Assembly (NCBI GenBank): GCA_036172245.1
Contig: JAYWIR010000041.1
Coordinates: 1,550,001 to 1,614,000 of the forward strand
Reading direction: 5' to 3'
Source of the DNA: Raillietiella orientalis
Taxonomy: Eukaryota
DNA length: 64,000 nt
Below the pieces are notes generated by a model. The model saw only the letters and a list, made by a program, of their open reading frames with translations, was not told the DNA's origin and did no database searches. The translations under genes and the position numbers were made by a program. The first letter of the stretch is position 1, and each line of letters begins with the position of its first letter. Of this stretch, positions 13,051 through 30,387 are shown piece by piece.

Positions 13051-16000
13051 TTCATTCAAGTGCTCTGTCTGCTTCCGAGTTTTTGTTTCGTTTCCAGTTG
13101 CTAGCCAGTGGTTGAATCAAGCAACTAAAGAAAAATGACTTTAGTGAAACTCAGATATTCATAGCTTGAGTGAATTGCATGTAAGTGTATTGTAAAGATG
13201 CGTATGTATCTATGTATGTATTTCAGTAGACGAAATATGGAGTTTCTTGTAACAGATATGTCGTTTCCTCATTGAAGGAATATGACATCTCGAATTCCAC
13301 ATTACCGTTGATTTCTCTGGACGGTGTTACCTTTTTTCAAAATTCTTTAAAAGCTGTATGGGAATCATGTTGTAATGAATTTATGAATAATTTTTGTTTA
13401 AAGGAACCATCACTTCATTCATCTTCGTATTTTGGATATGTAACTAATCAGTCGAAAAATCAGCTCACACTCTATAGCTGTCTTTTCCTATTCGGAGGGA
13501 ATATGCAAAAGAAACGAAACACTTTTGATGACAGTGGACGTCAAAGTAAAAAAGTTGAATCATACGATGAAACATAATACAAATGTTACAATAAAAATCA
13601 AAGCTGCGATCGTGAATTCTATGTCATCTTAATCATCTGCAAGAGATATCTCAGTGTTATTGCTTATTTGGTCATTAACTGTTGGCTACATATTTTATCC
13701 AGGATCTTCTCTTATATGGAATCAGCTGTCCTTCTACCCATTTGACCACTGAACACAGGAAAATTCCCAAAGACTTGCTGAGAGACTCTGTTAAAATGCC
13801 AATCTGTAAATCGTGCGCACTTGATATTAAGCGATGAATAAATTTCTATGGAAAGTTTACATGTCTGTTTTGACTTAATTCATTTTGACTGTAATTTGAA
13901 GGACAGTTGTTCCCCGTGAGTGGCCAACAGAATGGAAAAGAAGCTGCCTTCCTGCTTCCGTCAACCGACACACTCTTTGATCCGTCTTTCCTGCTCTCGA
14001 CGTCTTGGGCATTTCTGCTAGAGCAAATGTTACTCTGGTGAGTTTGAGGAACAGAGCGCCAAACGGCCTCATCTTACTGAATGGCATTTTGAGTATCTTC
14101 CGAAAACGCAGTTGCTTTCTCATCAAGGATAAAGTAGTTTTCATGAAAGGAAAACAAATCTCCACTTAAAAAAAAAACAGAATTTCATGATCCAGAGCTG
14201 GATAATAGAATTCTAACTCTGCACTAGGAAGCTGACTTTGAGTTCACCACTAATTTGCAATGCTTTAAACTAGAGGTGCGTAAAATCATATGATGGAGGA
14301 CATGTTCTTCCACCTCATGGCCAAGGTTTATCCTTTCATCCATTCATCCATAACTGGACTCTTTTCAGTCGACAATAATTCTGGAGAAATGATTGTAAAA
14401 CGCTTATCCCAGATTTCATCCGAAATGAGGTATCGTATCTGAGACAAATTGGATGAGTTATTTGATGTAGGATGTGAAAAAGTAGGCATTCCGTTAAATA
14501 CGAAAGAATTACGAATCACACAAGAAATTGGTGCTTTAATTGTCAGTTGCACTCATCGTGCTCTCTTCGGAAATGCTTAATCTGCCAATGTTGAGAACGA
14601 AAGCAACCTTTAATTAAATAGAAACTGTATTAAATCGTAAATCCAGTCAGAGAACGGAAACACATTAGGTTGGGTGAATAAGGAAATAATCAGATGAAGA
14701 TATCTTCTAATGCTACGTAACCGTCGAAGAAGAAGCATACTCGAAACTGAAAATGGTAATTAAAGATGCGGCATAAGAAAGTCTCCTAAGAAAGAGCAAT
14801 GCAAAGACTGCTGCATTTGAAAGCAAGTGCTGAGTCTGCAATTAAAAGAATGTTGTTGGTTATTACAGAATATTGGTTATTACAAATCACCTTCTGTGGG
14901 ATACTTATACGATACGGATGCCCTAGGCAGCCGAACTTTGCACAACTTCAGTGTTTGTAATAATCCACGAAAATTGCAAATGAATATCGGTGCACCACAT
15001 GATATTCATCAAAAATACCTTTCCAATGATTATATTAATATGATGATAATGAATACCCGGTGCAATTATGGGGATGATAATTAGAAATGAATCACTCTGC
15101 ATGAGCATGTGGAACGATGCAATTGGAACATGGCTTAAGGATACATGGAAACTGTATCTATAGTTGAAAAAGTATGAATACCGAAATTGTATGTAAGTGC
15201 TCTTTTTATCTTTGCATTTGCATTCTAAAGTACTGTAATTTTCCTCTACTGCTGGTCTTTATTGATGTTGAACTGAGGTCTCCTCCAGATGGAGATTAAT
15301 TATAGAACAGTTTCTAGCAGCTCAGCCTGTACTCTACTTTTCGTACTGCACTATTCTAGAAGCGAAGGGCAACACTCGTTCGTCGACCTTGGAATTGCTT
15401 ACTCTGTAATCACTCTAAGATTGGTAGATCAATTCGATTATTCTTAGATTATCATTATTTCCCATTGATTGCACTATGTGCAAAGACCATGAGAATGCAT
15501 ACATATTTGGATATAAATCGAAATCCTTCGGGAACCTTCGGGATATCACGAACCTTTATGTGCATCACACATATAAGCACATATGTCCATACTTATCCGT
15601 ATTCACATCACATGACTCACATATGCATTGCTGTAAAACTTTGTATGTTTTTATGTATATGGATATTTTATTTCTGTTAAAAACCACACAGACTCGTAAG
15701 TGCAAAGAAAATGAACAACCATTTCTCATAGCCTACTTGCACAGTGACTTTAACAGCATATTTTTCCATGCTGAGAGCCTAAGGTTATGATCGAAGACAT
15801 GACCTTTGGTAAATTCGATGAACAACAAGCTTGCATCCAGAGAACATGGTCCTCAGCGCAGCATGACGCGGCATTCCCTGAGTGAAAGACATCCATGACC
15901 AAGGAAAGGTGCTGCTGATCAAGTCGGCTGATCCCCAAGGACTTCTGCTACCCATTTGAAAACGCAGCAGCAGTGTTTAGGAAGTCTCAGAAAGAAGAGG

Positions 16001-16899
16001 AATGTGAATTCATTTAGATCCTCAGATCGTCCACTACCAAATTAAAGACAACGAAGGGAGTCTTGGAACTCTTGGATCCTGGGGTCCAAGCAATGATTAG
16101 GTTCTTGCGGTAGTTGGAAATTTCGTTTCTCTGCATCGAGAAAATGGGAAAATCAGTGGTGTCCTCTCATGTCCAAGACAGTGGAGGATGCATTCTAGAC
16201 TCAAGGACCTGTTCGTTTCCCAGGTGGGGACCAGGTTCAATCTCCGTTTGTTACTTGAGGATCTTTCATCTTCGGACTCCGGGTTGCCATAGCTCTTCGG
16301 CGATGGTGAAACTGGAAGAGTTCTAGCACTGCTAGAAGAGAAATGAGTTGATGCCTTGCCAATGTTTTTATTCGCTCAGATTTCCATCTGGAAAGTTGCT
16401 ATGAAGACGGATATCAAAAAGATGCAGAAGAATCTGCTACCTTTTATGGAATCCATGAATTTTGTGTGTGTGTTTTTCAAGTAGAAGATGATTTACGAAG
16501 ATGTTAACAGACCATCGTTTTGATAATTTCTGGTGATGCTCGCCAAGGCAGTGCCTTAGAAACACTCCGCGTATTCACTTGGTGGCCTCAACAGAAAGAA
16601 CGAGGGAAGGAGACACCGACCACATCTTCCGGAGGGTGCAGAAGACGCATGTAACGGATGTAACCGATGATCCTAACCCCTTCCTCAGCCTTTTTAATCA
16701 ATTATTTATTTACTGTCCCTTCCCTTTAACTCTCTTTCTTTTTTTTCGTAGACGATCAACGAGTCGATGGTTCCATCCCCCTTCATGAACTTGTATGGTC
16801 TCATAGTTTTGATGTTCTACTTTTTTTTTCTCTCTCTCTGAAAAACAAACGCATTGAAGTGACCAGGTGAAAATGGTGGAAGTACTGGCATCTGGGAAC

Positions 16900-19800
16900 A
16901 ACTGAAAATAACGCCTCGTGAACATTGGCCACGAAGAGAGCAACTTTTCACGTGCTGGTCTCTGAGGAAAGATTACTATGTCTTCTATCAGGGTCCAGTC
17001 CTCTCGTCTTTGATTTCTAGCAGGTTTCCTTCTCATTACTGCTATTAACTTCGTGATTCAAGGGGGACAGTTGAGTAACACGTTTCTAGATACCTTCTTG
17101 CACATTGGATGAGTTTATTTTCTTCTCAAAATACAAAAAATCCTTTGCACCCTGCTGGTATTTGGAACAAACGAATCGACAAAAACGGAGGACATGGACA
17201 AACCATGTTACCGACTTTAGCTTGTCCATGGAGAAGTCCAGCTCTTTCCAATCCCACAAGACAACACAGGGAATGTTAAAAAATAAAGTGTTGTTTTTGT
17301 TGGCAAAGAAGCATTAATCGTAACTACTGCGACTGTCTCTCGCCACAACATGATCCAATTATCCTGAAATTCAGCCTGCTGCTTTTGAACGTAGTTGCAC
17401 GATCTGGCATCCGCTCATGTTTTAAAGGAATTCCTTCTTATCTTCTAAGCAGCCCCGCAACCTCCAAGTCCTCTGAGACTCCTTGCTTTCCAACGTCTCA
17501 AGATTTGAATACTCAGGAGTACATCATCTCGGTGAACCCCCAAGGAAACTGAATACAAGAGAATCATTGCGAGATCCCTCCCCAATTTGTCAGTTTCGTC
17601 ACTATGAATGGTCTGAAAAACGAACTTCGATGACATCATCCACCATGGCTGCAGGACGCGTGGAAAGTGCTTTCTTGAGCCCATAACTCTTTCTGGAGCA
17701 CACGACATGTTTGATCGAACTGAAGGCTAGAATAAAAACATTAGACAATTCATTTTCCAATGTAGCATTTATGGTAGTCAGATGAGCATCCCACAGAAGG
17801 GTAAATGAAAGAGAGACCAACCGTCTTCGTTACAGGAATCTCTTGCACCCTTTGGCGAAAATTCGTAAGCAAAACATAATTTGCAGTTTGTGGGAGAAGG
17901 GCAGAGGGGTCAAAGGCCCTCCCCCCTTCTCCCACATAAGTGTGGAATAAGTGTGGATTGTTACCGTTCATGAAGAATTTCATGTCGCTGCACGATGTCC
18001 ATTAGCAACCGTGTGTTCGCTCCCCTTTATAATAAGACACGAGCCTTTTGGAAAAATTGGACAGGGTTCGAAACTCTGGAATGAAGATAGAAGCGAAAAT
18101 TTCGTGTTTATCTGTTTCACGCCATGAGCACGACACGCAAATGAGAGAAATCAGGAACCTCTCGGATCCATATAGGTTTGGAAATCGTGACCCTGCAAAT
18201 GAATCTGTAACACTCAGCAAACTTGTTTCCTCTCCACTGTCTTTCTCATTGCTTTCTTCACATCGAAACTTCATTTCCAGGAAAGTGCAGCATTTTCTCT
18301 CCTGGAAGAGAATTAGTAGATTTCCAGATATCTCTAGATTCATAATTCATAAGATATCTATGGCTCTGGGTCCCATCGGTAATGAGTCCCGATTCGAATA
18401 GGTCTGCACTCACACAAGGCGGTGCTTAAGACATTGCACTGTTTTCAAAGCCAACACGAGTGATTGATAAGTAGAAGAATCTTTTGTTTCAGAATTCTGA
18501 ACGATAAATAAATTAGGGTAACAAGTCCTCCATGCAAATAATTCTTGGTGCTTCTTTCATGTCTTTAGCCCAATTTCAGATCATTAGAAAGTTTCCTTTT
18601 TCTCTTTGTTCGAAAGATAAGTTCAGTGAATGATTAATGAAAGAGTGTCTTTGTAAAAAAAAAAAAAAAAAAAAAAAAGACAAGATTAATTATATTGCAA
18701 AAAAAATGCAAGAGCGAAGATCATTAATAATAGGACACAACTGTCATTTTTGCTTTACCAAAAACTACTAATTTTTTCCTTGCTGATTATTGCCCAGTTT
18801 TGGAGAATGTTTCTAAGTCCTTGCAGTGCCCTTTCTAAGAACTGAATGGAAAGTGAAAAAGACGTAGCCTCTGTCTATCAACGAGTTATTTATACCCCTT
18901 TGGTCCTTTCTCCATAAGAACAACGGGAGACCAAAAGAAAAATAACTATAATTAAATTTTTGGAAATGCATTTGTCAATCTTAAACAGGACCTTAAACTC
19001 CTGAAGAGCCTCAGGCTAATTCTCAAAGCACCGGTAACTCCAGGACAGAGGATGCATGCTAACCTAGTTTTGGTTTCCCTGGACTGGATGTGGGTATGGG
19101 TGGGTGGCTGTGTTTACTTCTTGAACATGTGATTTACAAACTAAGGACGCAAGATTATAGACGAAATTTTCTACTCATACTTCAGGATCAGATACTGTAG
19201 CTGCTTGCTTAAGCAAAACAGAATGATCTCGGGGAAATTTTGGGCATCGAAGATGAAATTCACCACTTTTAAAGTGCAGATTTCCCGCTTCTCTTCCTAT
19301 CCAAACTAGCCGTACAATCCATAAAACCAAACATTGGAGCTAATGCTACGAATATTGTGCAAAATGAACTTGAATGAGGCTGGACTTATATGTATTTTTC
19401 TTTTGGACTGTTCTGTAGCGCATCTCTCCGCTTCCACTCACAATCCTCAAAATTCTCGAATGAAAAACAAGCAGGGAAAAAAATCGGGAGTTTCTCTGTA
19501 ACCTGGAAACTAAGAAGATGAAAAGAAAACAACGGAAAGACGGTTAGCATCTCAACTTCTGTAGCGTGCACCCCAACATCAGAACTGCATTCATTTGACA
19601 CACGGAAACATTCCTGAACGAAATAACGGTACTTGAGCCCACAGTTACTCGGCAAGTGCGAGTTTGTAAGAAAAGATTTCTCCATGGGAAAACAAGCATC
19701 GGCAACGATGTCTTCTTCAACAGAGTGCTGCCGAACGGCAAAGCCCTACAGGTGCTAGGGAAGGATAGGAGTCCGAACAGTGCTACTTCCCAGCTTCCAG

Positions 19801-20600
19801 TTCTCATTTCGCGCTTAATTCCTCTTTTGAGTGTCGCCTACTCACTGTTTTAATGTAAAAAAACGATAGTCTGGGCTGTAAGCGAATTCCAGATCTCCTT
19901 TTTGCGATACCGGAACTTCCTAAAGACTCTTCTTAGCTTACTGGTATATGATTACTCTACGATATACCATGGAAAAATCATTTCATTGGTGTGTGCATTC
20001 CTGGTATGCGGTTGTGTGGATGCTGCATAGATGCGTGACTCCGAATGCAAAATAACTGGATTCGAAATTTGAGAAAGAGGGAAAATAGTGCAGTGTGAGG
20101 ATACCTCTCTTCGGCGCAACTTCATGGATGCCAATGCACTCAGCAAGAGCGGAATCAGTGGTGCGAATGAAAGACTGAGAACCATAATCACGAGTGCCAA
20201 GTAACAGGTTAACAGGAAAAGGCGTTCTCCTCTCTCTCACCCATTTTGTACATGAGTGAATTAAACAAATAGGCTTCTCTCCCTGGAGGTACCAATCGCT
20301 TTTACCCTTACAATAGCAGTCTCTTAGCTTCCATACTTGCATCCTCTCTATTTAGCCAGGGTCAATCAATCTTTTTGAAGATTTGGCGAGAATTCAACAA
20401 GCTTTCGAGTGCATCCTTCTCCTTATTGTAGTAGTGGCTGAGGTGCCTCTTCGGTTAACGGTAAGCATCAAGTCTTTGGATTTGTTTTCTTGCACATTCA
20501 AATGAGTTGAAGGAAACGCAGGTAGAAGTAGGTCTTTCGGATGCTCCTTCCTCTCATGACATACAAACTCTAATTGTTACTGATGATCGAAACGGTTGAG
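16900..20600 (-). mobile_element. Degenerate Ty3/Gypsy pol relic
   Basis: PHLFHTYVGEGGRAFDPS...NYVLLTNF...IPV (ORF 17750-17983) followed by FQTIHSDETDKL (ORF 17445-17708) match the integrase core (P..F..+D..GP...Y+L...P+ ... IHSDQG). Weaker RT-like remnants lie upstream (~19000-19400). Confidence 0.5.
18655..18678. repeat. Poly(A) tract, 24 nt
   Basis: Seen directly. Confidence 0.9.
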
Positions 20601-22149
20601 GGCCTGGATGTCATAATTCAAAAACGACAGCCAAAGAACAAGATAATTGATGCTTTTCTCAAAAGCCATTTTTTTTTCCTTCTTCTCAAGGAAGAAGAGG
20701 GTAAGTTCACTTGTTCCATGTACAGCATAAGTATTTCCCCGTCAGATCGTGAGAAGCACGGGCAGAAGCAAGCCAAATTCTACTTATGCTCGCACGGATG
20801 TTGCCACGCATCGCGTTCCGACTGAAGTCAAAAAGTCGGAATGCATGACAACTGCAGCTTCCTTTATCTCACAGCACTGAAACTGTCAAAAGGGAAAAAG
20901 CATCCTCCACACGTGATGGGAAACCATCAGCACTTAGACCTTTCTGGTTCCAAACTTACGATCCCGATTTGCATGGATCATATGTGTATGTGTATACTCT
21001 GGTCCCCATTCTAACGCCTAATGCTTTCGCCTTCTACTAAAGAACTCCGTGCATGGAGACGTCTAAATGATGTCATACTATTATGCATATGCTAATCTAT
21101 TCATCATTGCCATGCTTCTCCACTTCCTCTTGGTTCACTTGAAAATCAGAGGCTAATCAGAGGCATTCTCTATGAACAGTAGGGTTTGCATTCCTGAGGA
21201 ATTTCATTCTTTACTTCCATGCCATCTCAAGTGTTCTCGGAATGTATTTCGAAAGATGAATTATGTTTTTTTTACAATTATTATAACTGTCTTCCTGGAG
21301 ACAGCGTGAGATAACTTCGACAAAGCAGAAGGCGCGAAAATTGCCACAGAATTCACGAATAAACCGAAAGATTGCGGCAAGAACAGCAAGATCGTGCCCA
21401 TCTTAGTCACTGCACTGGAGAATACCATGGGAAAACTTTTGTTTCGATCCGGTTTTCTCAGTAGCATGCACCACTGGCGGATGCCATCGGCGCTACTAGG
21501 GCATGAGTCATTAGCAGAGGAGTTGCGTTTCTCGTACCGATGCTCAATGAGACAACTATGCAAATGATTTCTTAATCTTGGCCTTCTCGTACCTTGTCAA
21601 AAACATTATGTGATTACGAATTCGCAACTTTACGAAGCCCTAAAGATTCATGCTTCCTTACCCGTTTTTCCGAAACCTTCAAATACTTATTATTTCTTTC
21701 CACCCTCTCAAAGTTTAGCCTTAAGAAATAGCTGTTTAGCGTTTCCAATTTTGAATAAGTTCATATTTTGGTACCAAAAGTTCCTTTGTAGCAAATAGCT
21801 TAGTACAGTCTCTAGAAAAAGATTTTGGACTCTGTGTTAGTATTTGTTAGTGCTGTCATTCAAGCAGTGAGATCATATCTATTTTTCCCAGTAATTTCAT
21901 TAATAATAAGATTGATATGCTTGCTGCCATTTTTATTGTTCCTATTAAGATAGATTTGAGAGAATGCTTCTCTCTGGAAACAGAATAAAACAGCTTTCTT
22001 TATCTTCGGATCATATGAGGCGTCGAATCCTCTTACGCGACACAAGCCAATCGCTGACTTTTAAAAGAACACTTGCTTAGTTCCCAGATCTCTTCTGCCT
22101 ATTCTTCTGTTTCACTGCTTTGATAAGAACCTAAGCAATTTCTCAATCC

Positions 22150-23160
22150 TCTAAATGAAATTGGCTTGTGGCCATGAACTTCGCCAAATAGCCGCCTTGG
22201 TACGGGAGCACAGCTGGATCTCCTGCTTCCTGGTGAACTGCACTATCTAGCTACAGGAGTTTCCGCATAAGGAAAGATCGACGGTTCGAACGAGGCGGAG
22301 TACGCCTACCTGAGACGGCACAGTAACGCTCCACAGTTCCTGCAGGAGATCGTGTCCAACCTACAGAAGATGCTGTGGGCTTCGTCTAACCTCCTTACCT
22401 CAGTGCTGCCTTCCCCTAGGGAAGAAAGGAACAGCGTAATCCCCGAAAGGTTGGAAATCACATGCTGCATCGCAGCAAAAAAGGAACTTCTGGGTGCGCG
22501 GACAACTCGGGAGGTCACGGAGGCTGCGACCCCGAATGTCCCATCCCCAAGGACTTGTACACTTTGGAGAGCTGCTCGCCATCCCTCCGAAGAAGTGTCT
22601 CCTAGCGTGCTGGAGCAATGGCGCCCTCCCCGTCCAGTGGCAGGAGTTAGCTTTGCTGGTGTTGCATTGGGGAATCCCATGCAAAGCACGCCTTCACCAT
22701 TGGGCACGGAGAGTGTGGATGCAAAGTGTACAGGTGCGGGGAGAGAGAGACCCTCCCGCATATGCTGTTAGACTGTGCTGCTCTCCCATCGCTTTGGAAT
22801 CGCCTAGCGACGATCCTTGGAATCCTGTTGGGCGCCCCAGAGACACTTTTAGGCTCCTTCCCATGCGTTCCACACTGCCGCCAGCAGCATCCCTTGCAGT
22901 TCTTTGCTGTCCTCGCGGGATAGTGGCGACCTGGAACGAGGGAAGAGGTCAAAATGGAAAGCACGCCTTCCCCCGGGCGCGAATCTTCCTGAAGACAAGC
23001 ACGAGATGGTCCAAGCTGGGCAACATACGCTGCGAACTTGCCAGCATCCTGGACAGGATGCAGAGGACGCCTAGCAGTGAACATGTGACCTCTTCCTCGG
23101 TTCTTCCCCCCCACCCCCGAATAAAAGTTTCCTTCTTTTTTTGTTTCTTTATTTTTGTTG
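22150..23160 (+). mobile_element. 3' end of L1/Tx1-like non-LTR retrotransposon (zf-RVT C-terminus plus T-rich tail)
   Basis: ERGGVRLPE (~22290, GG+.LP motif); YRCGERETLPHMLLDC (~22730-22775, zf-RVT C..CG..ET..H...C); ends in AATAAA (~23120) and a T-rich tail. Confidence 0.65.
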
Positions 23161-25635
23161 TCGGTTTTCTTAGCTCCCCAAGCGGACCCCGCGTACCGCT
23201 ATTTGGTATGTCCATTGCACGTGGTAGAACAAAGTGTTCCACCATAAAAATGTATTTTCATTATCATTTCTGATCACAACTGCCCTGGCATAACCGGATG
23301 GAAAACCTGTATCATCAACTTAATAAGTAGTTAAGCAAACTAGGAAAACAAAGGGTTAAAAACACTTTCAGCTACCACAGCTGCAGATCATGAAAAACAC
23401 GTTTCATTTTGTTTTAATCAACCGACTGGTTGACAGTCACCAGTGATCTTTCTTTATTTCGTTTTAAGCTTTGACACAGGCAGTGTCATAGTGCAAACAG
23501 CAGTTCTGGAAATTCGGGGATCTTTCGTTTTCCTCTTGAGATCAAAACCGAATAATTATTGTTCAGATTATCGTCTCTTCGCCTGAATCTAACTTTGGTG
23601 ACGAAGTGGGAATAATCACACATGATTGAATCAGCACAGTCCCCAGGGTTTCAGATCCCTGAAGTAAGCTTCCGGTGGTCCATTTTACAATGCGACTTAT
23701 TTTGAAAACCTATTCACAATACCAAAGTATAGGAGTAGTGAAAAACAGTACGAATCGTTTTCATCGAAAAGTTAACTGAAATTCAATCTCAAGCTGGCTT
23801 AGAGCAACTTTAATACTGAAAACTTAGGGCGTTAACAATTTTTTGCAGTCCGCTTTAAAATTTCATTTTAGCGGAGATCAAGAATTTCATATTGTTTCGA
23901 ATCTGAGACCAAATTACGCGGAGAATGAATATGTACTGGAAATATACTTACTTTACTGTTTTCTGGAGGATGAATTTGTTAAATAGTAACGATCTTTGCA
24001 AGAAATGCTGCTAACTGGAAAAGAAACTCGAAATTGTGGTATCGTTTTTTCACATCAGGATATAAGATGATTGATTCATTTGGGAAAGTCGTGACCAAGA
24101 AGGTAATATAATAACAAGCAAATACATTTAACTCAGAATCAAAATGACTGGGATTGATTTGAACTACGCGTTTTTATGTTTTTAAGTTTGAGGATCCGAA
24201 TTCTTTTAAAAACGTACGATAAGCCAACACCGGAATACTTTTAGAAATCACAAAACACCTGTTTAGAAAACTTTCTGGAAAGCAAGTTTTACTTTCTTTT
24301 TAAAAACGATTGATTAACTAGGCTAACAACTTCCTGCACCCTCGAGTAACAAAAGCATTACAGTTCACAACGTCCAATCTACTGAATTGCAAACTACAAG
24401 CAGCATTTCGGATTATTTCTCCTTAGAAAATTCATTTCCTAAACGCGACATTTCCGATTGTATAACGAGATCTCACAGACAGTTCATGAATTACTCGAAG
24501 GCTCTCCTATCAAAGAGTGCATTTGATCTTTACGTAAACATTTCCAAAATTTAAAAGCAAAATCTTTCAATAGTCCATAATTGTATCCTTAAGTATTTTT
24601 CCAACAACCAATGCCAGTTTGCTTATTAGATTTAACGCAAATGAGACTGTGATAGAGATTTACTATTTCTCAATTTATAGATAAAACCTTGTGAATTCAT
24701 TTGTTGGATTTTAAAGGCCTCATTTTGTGTTCAGTAAAACTTGTATGAACGGCTTTGAAGAGCAGCTGCTTTTCAACACAAATTAGAAAACTGAAACCTG
24801 AAACCCACCTAGTATTAAAGTGTGCAGCTGATTTCCTGAGAAACAAAGTAAAAGAAATCACCTGGATATGATTCTGTATGCACACCGCATTTGTATTTGA
24901 TGGTTAGATGTGGTATTTTAGCACAGATATGAGCCTAAATTTGATTGAATCCGGTCTATTATATTATCAATTTTGCATTCTTCTGAAGAATTTTTTAATG
25001 AAATATAGGTGAAGACTACTGCTTACATATTTTATTATAAACACTGTGTTTCAAATTAAGATCTAGCAGCTTACATGTTTTTTTTAATCCATACTTGAAC
25101 CTCTATTACAATTCCACAAACATAGCAAGCACAAATTTCTTGCATTTATGTTTTAATTAAATATATAGTAATTAATATTTCTCATAACTTTAGTTTCAAC
25201 TTTCAACATTTTTTTGTTGATTTGCTTCACTTTAAAAAACTCAGTTATTTCTTTTTTTTTTTCTTGATTCTTAAATGTTACATGTATAAGTTAAGGTAAC
25301 TTATGGTCTCTACATAAGTAGCAGCTACAGTTTCACATATCTGCATTCATTTGTTTACAATGAAAAAAACATTAAATCCTAAAAAATTTGGGAACTGTAA
25401 TTAAAAGAAAACCCCAAAAATAGTAGCAAACCTCCCATGCATGTGTTTCCAACATAAAAATCACTTGTTTTTGCTACCTATGTTTGGATTATCCAGAATA
25501 TGAAGATTATGAAACATACTGCAACACTTTCGTAACACACTTGTGAAACTTTAATCTCAAACTTTAATGAGCTGAACTTTAGACTGCAAAATAGAGAAGC
25601 ACTTTTAATTCAAATACAATGGAATCCGATATCGC

Positions 25636-28128
<2,493 letters not shown>

Positions 28129-30361
28129 TTTGAAAGCTTAATACATTCATGTAAGTCCGCAAGTGATGATTATGGAGTAATAATTATTACAGCTATGTAC
28201 TTTATCACTGAAAGTATATTTACTTTCACCCAAATGAAACTTTGATTAAAATTCAAGCAGCGAACCACTTTGCACCACGAATTTAAACTATTCAGCTACT
28301 CCTATATTATTAAAAATTAAAGAAAATTTTAGCAGCAGTAAAACCACATTATGGGATATTTTTCTCTCACTTTTCACCAAGTTTACATGCATGAATACAC
28401 ATTAATTCACAATTCGCAAACATCATTCTTAACCCACAAGGTTCCACATCAACTTTCAGAAAATTCAAAATACGCTTTATTTTTATGCAAACCTTGTAAA
28501 TATGAATTTAAATGCCGAGTTTAAAATACTTTCACATTAGTATTAAAAACAATAGAACACAGTATTTAATATCTACACAGGTTAATAGCCCACTCTCTTA
28601 CACAGTGGATGAATTTTTTTGTTCTTGGCGGATTGCTTCGATATTCTCTCCCATTTCTGGTTTCACAGTACCGTTTCTTTCATTTATGACATGCAATTCA
28701 ATCATACAAACGCAAGAAAAGATGTACGAAATTTTGCGAATTTCTTAAACGTCATGATAATGTTTGTTATGCAATGTTTGTTAAAGAGGAAGAGCTCAAC
28801 TTATACACTCTGTACTTCCAACATATGTTAAACGAAAATCAATGAATCTTGCTCTCGCAAAAAGTTTCAAGGAAATATTAAAAGGAAATTTTCAGTTTTC
28901 AGGCACCAAATAATTACAGTGACTTGTAAATGTCGAGGCAGAGCCACGGTCACTGAAAGTCATGGTTCCAAAAAGTTCATAATTTACTGCCCACAATAAT
29001 CGTTTATTTCACATAATTAGTTGCGGTTTGTTTTGAATCAACAGTATGTATCACAGAGGGCTGATACAATGAAATTTAAAGTTTAATTTAAGTCTAATCA
29101 ACGTAGCCGAATAGCACAGCTACCGCTATACTAATGACAAATGTACTAGATTTTTTAACATACAACTCGTACACTAAATGAGTTTTTATGCTAATTGAAG
29201 GGATGTGAATTTAATTCATTGACAATTCTCATTTCTACGTCACGAAGTACGTGTTATACGTTTCTTGTGCACATTTATAAGAAATGACGTAGAAAATTAT
29301 TAGATTTAAGCATCTAAAAGACAGTTTGGTATGCCTGAAATTCGGTTTAAAATGTATTATAGAGCAGTGTGCATATAAGCATGTCTTACGACATGTATTC
29401 CAGTTGTGTTTAAAGCTTTTGAATATAAATGTTATTATCATGGGCTTTCGAAATTGGTACTAATTATTTGTACCGGTTTATTCGTTCCAAGAGGAGTATT
29501 TACTTTGTTTTATAAAAATCTAGAATATTATAGAAAACGGATGGTCAAATGCAATTTACCATTAAATTACCTTTAAAGACTACTTTTCTGTAAGGAAAGA
29601 TTTTTTTCTCATCGATTGGAGAGTGAACACTCTTTTGGTACTTATGTGATGAATTCCTGGATTTTTGGTTCCAACTTCAAGCAGTGACAGCAACTTCAGC
29701 CATTCCAAACGATGGGACGGACAGGAGATGTACGCATGGGCTAGCAGCAAGGAGAAGCAGGCGTACATGCGAGCGAAAGGGATAGCCTCCCACGCGCTCT
29801 CCCATCTTCCTCTTCCTCTCTCAAACCATGCTCCCTGCACGTCTTTCGTGGCCACCATTGCCGCTTGGTGGACCCGTGCAAACGTCGCGCTGTGGACCGA
29901 CGCTCCTGTCGAAGCGAAATTTCCATTGATTGTATTGTATTCAGGAAACGTTCATGTTCAACCATTCGAGATGTACATAGCATGCCGGGAATAGTAATGC
30001 GAATGCATGCACTATGCAAATGCGTGCACAAGCGCATCTTTCCATACGAATCTGAAGATGCACGGCATACAGGTTGAGCAGCTTGCGAGGATACGTGCAT
30101 TCCTGCTCGGGATTCGAGTGCAAGTCAAACAGGTTGTTATGTCTTCATGTGTACATTGATGGTAGTTGACTCACATCAGGCGAACGGTACGGCACTCATT
30201 TTGCCACGAGCGTCCCTATTGGAACATCAGATTGCAGTTTCACTGAAACTGCAATCTTCTCTCTATTGCGATGCCCACCGTAATTCGAGCGCGGGGATGC
30301 TCACGCTCACGCACACATGGGCGTACTTCCTGCGGATTGCGAACAACGCATACATACATAT

Positions 30362-30387
30362 ATGCATGCATGCATGCATGCATGCAT
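30362..30387. repeat. (ATGC)6 self-complementary tetranucleotide repeat (copy at 61882-61907)
   Basis: Seen directly. Confidence 0.9.
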
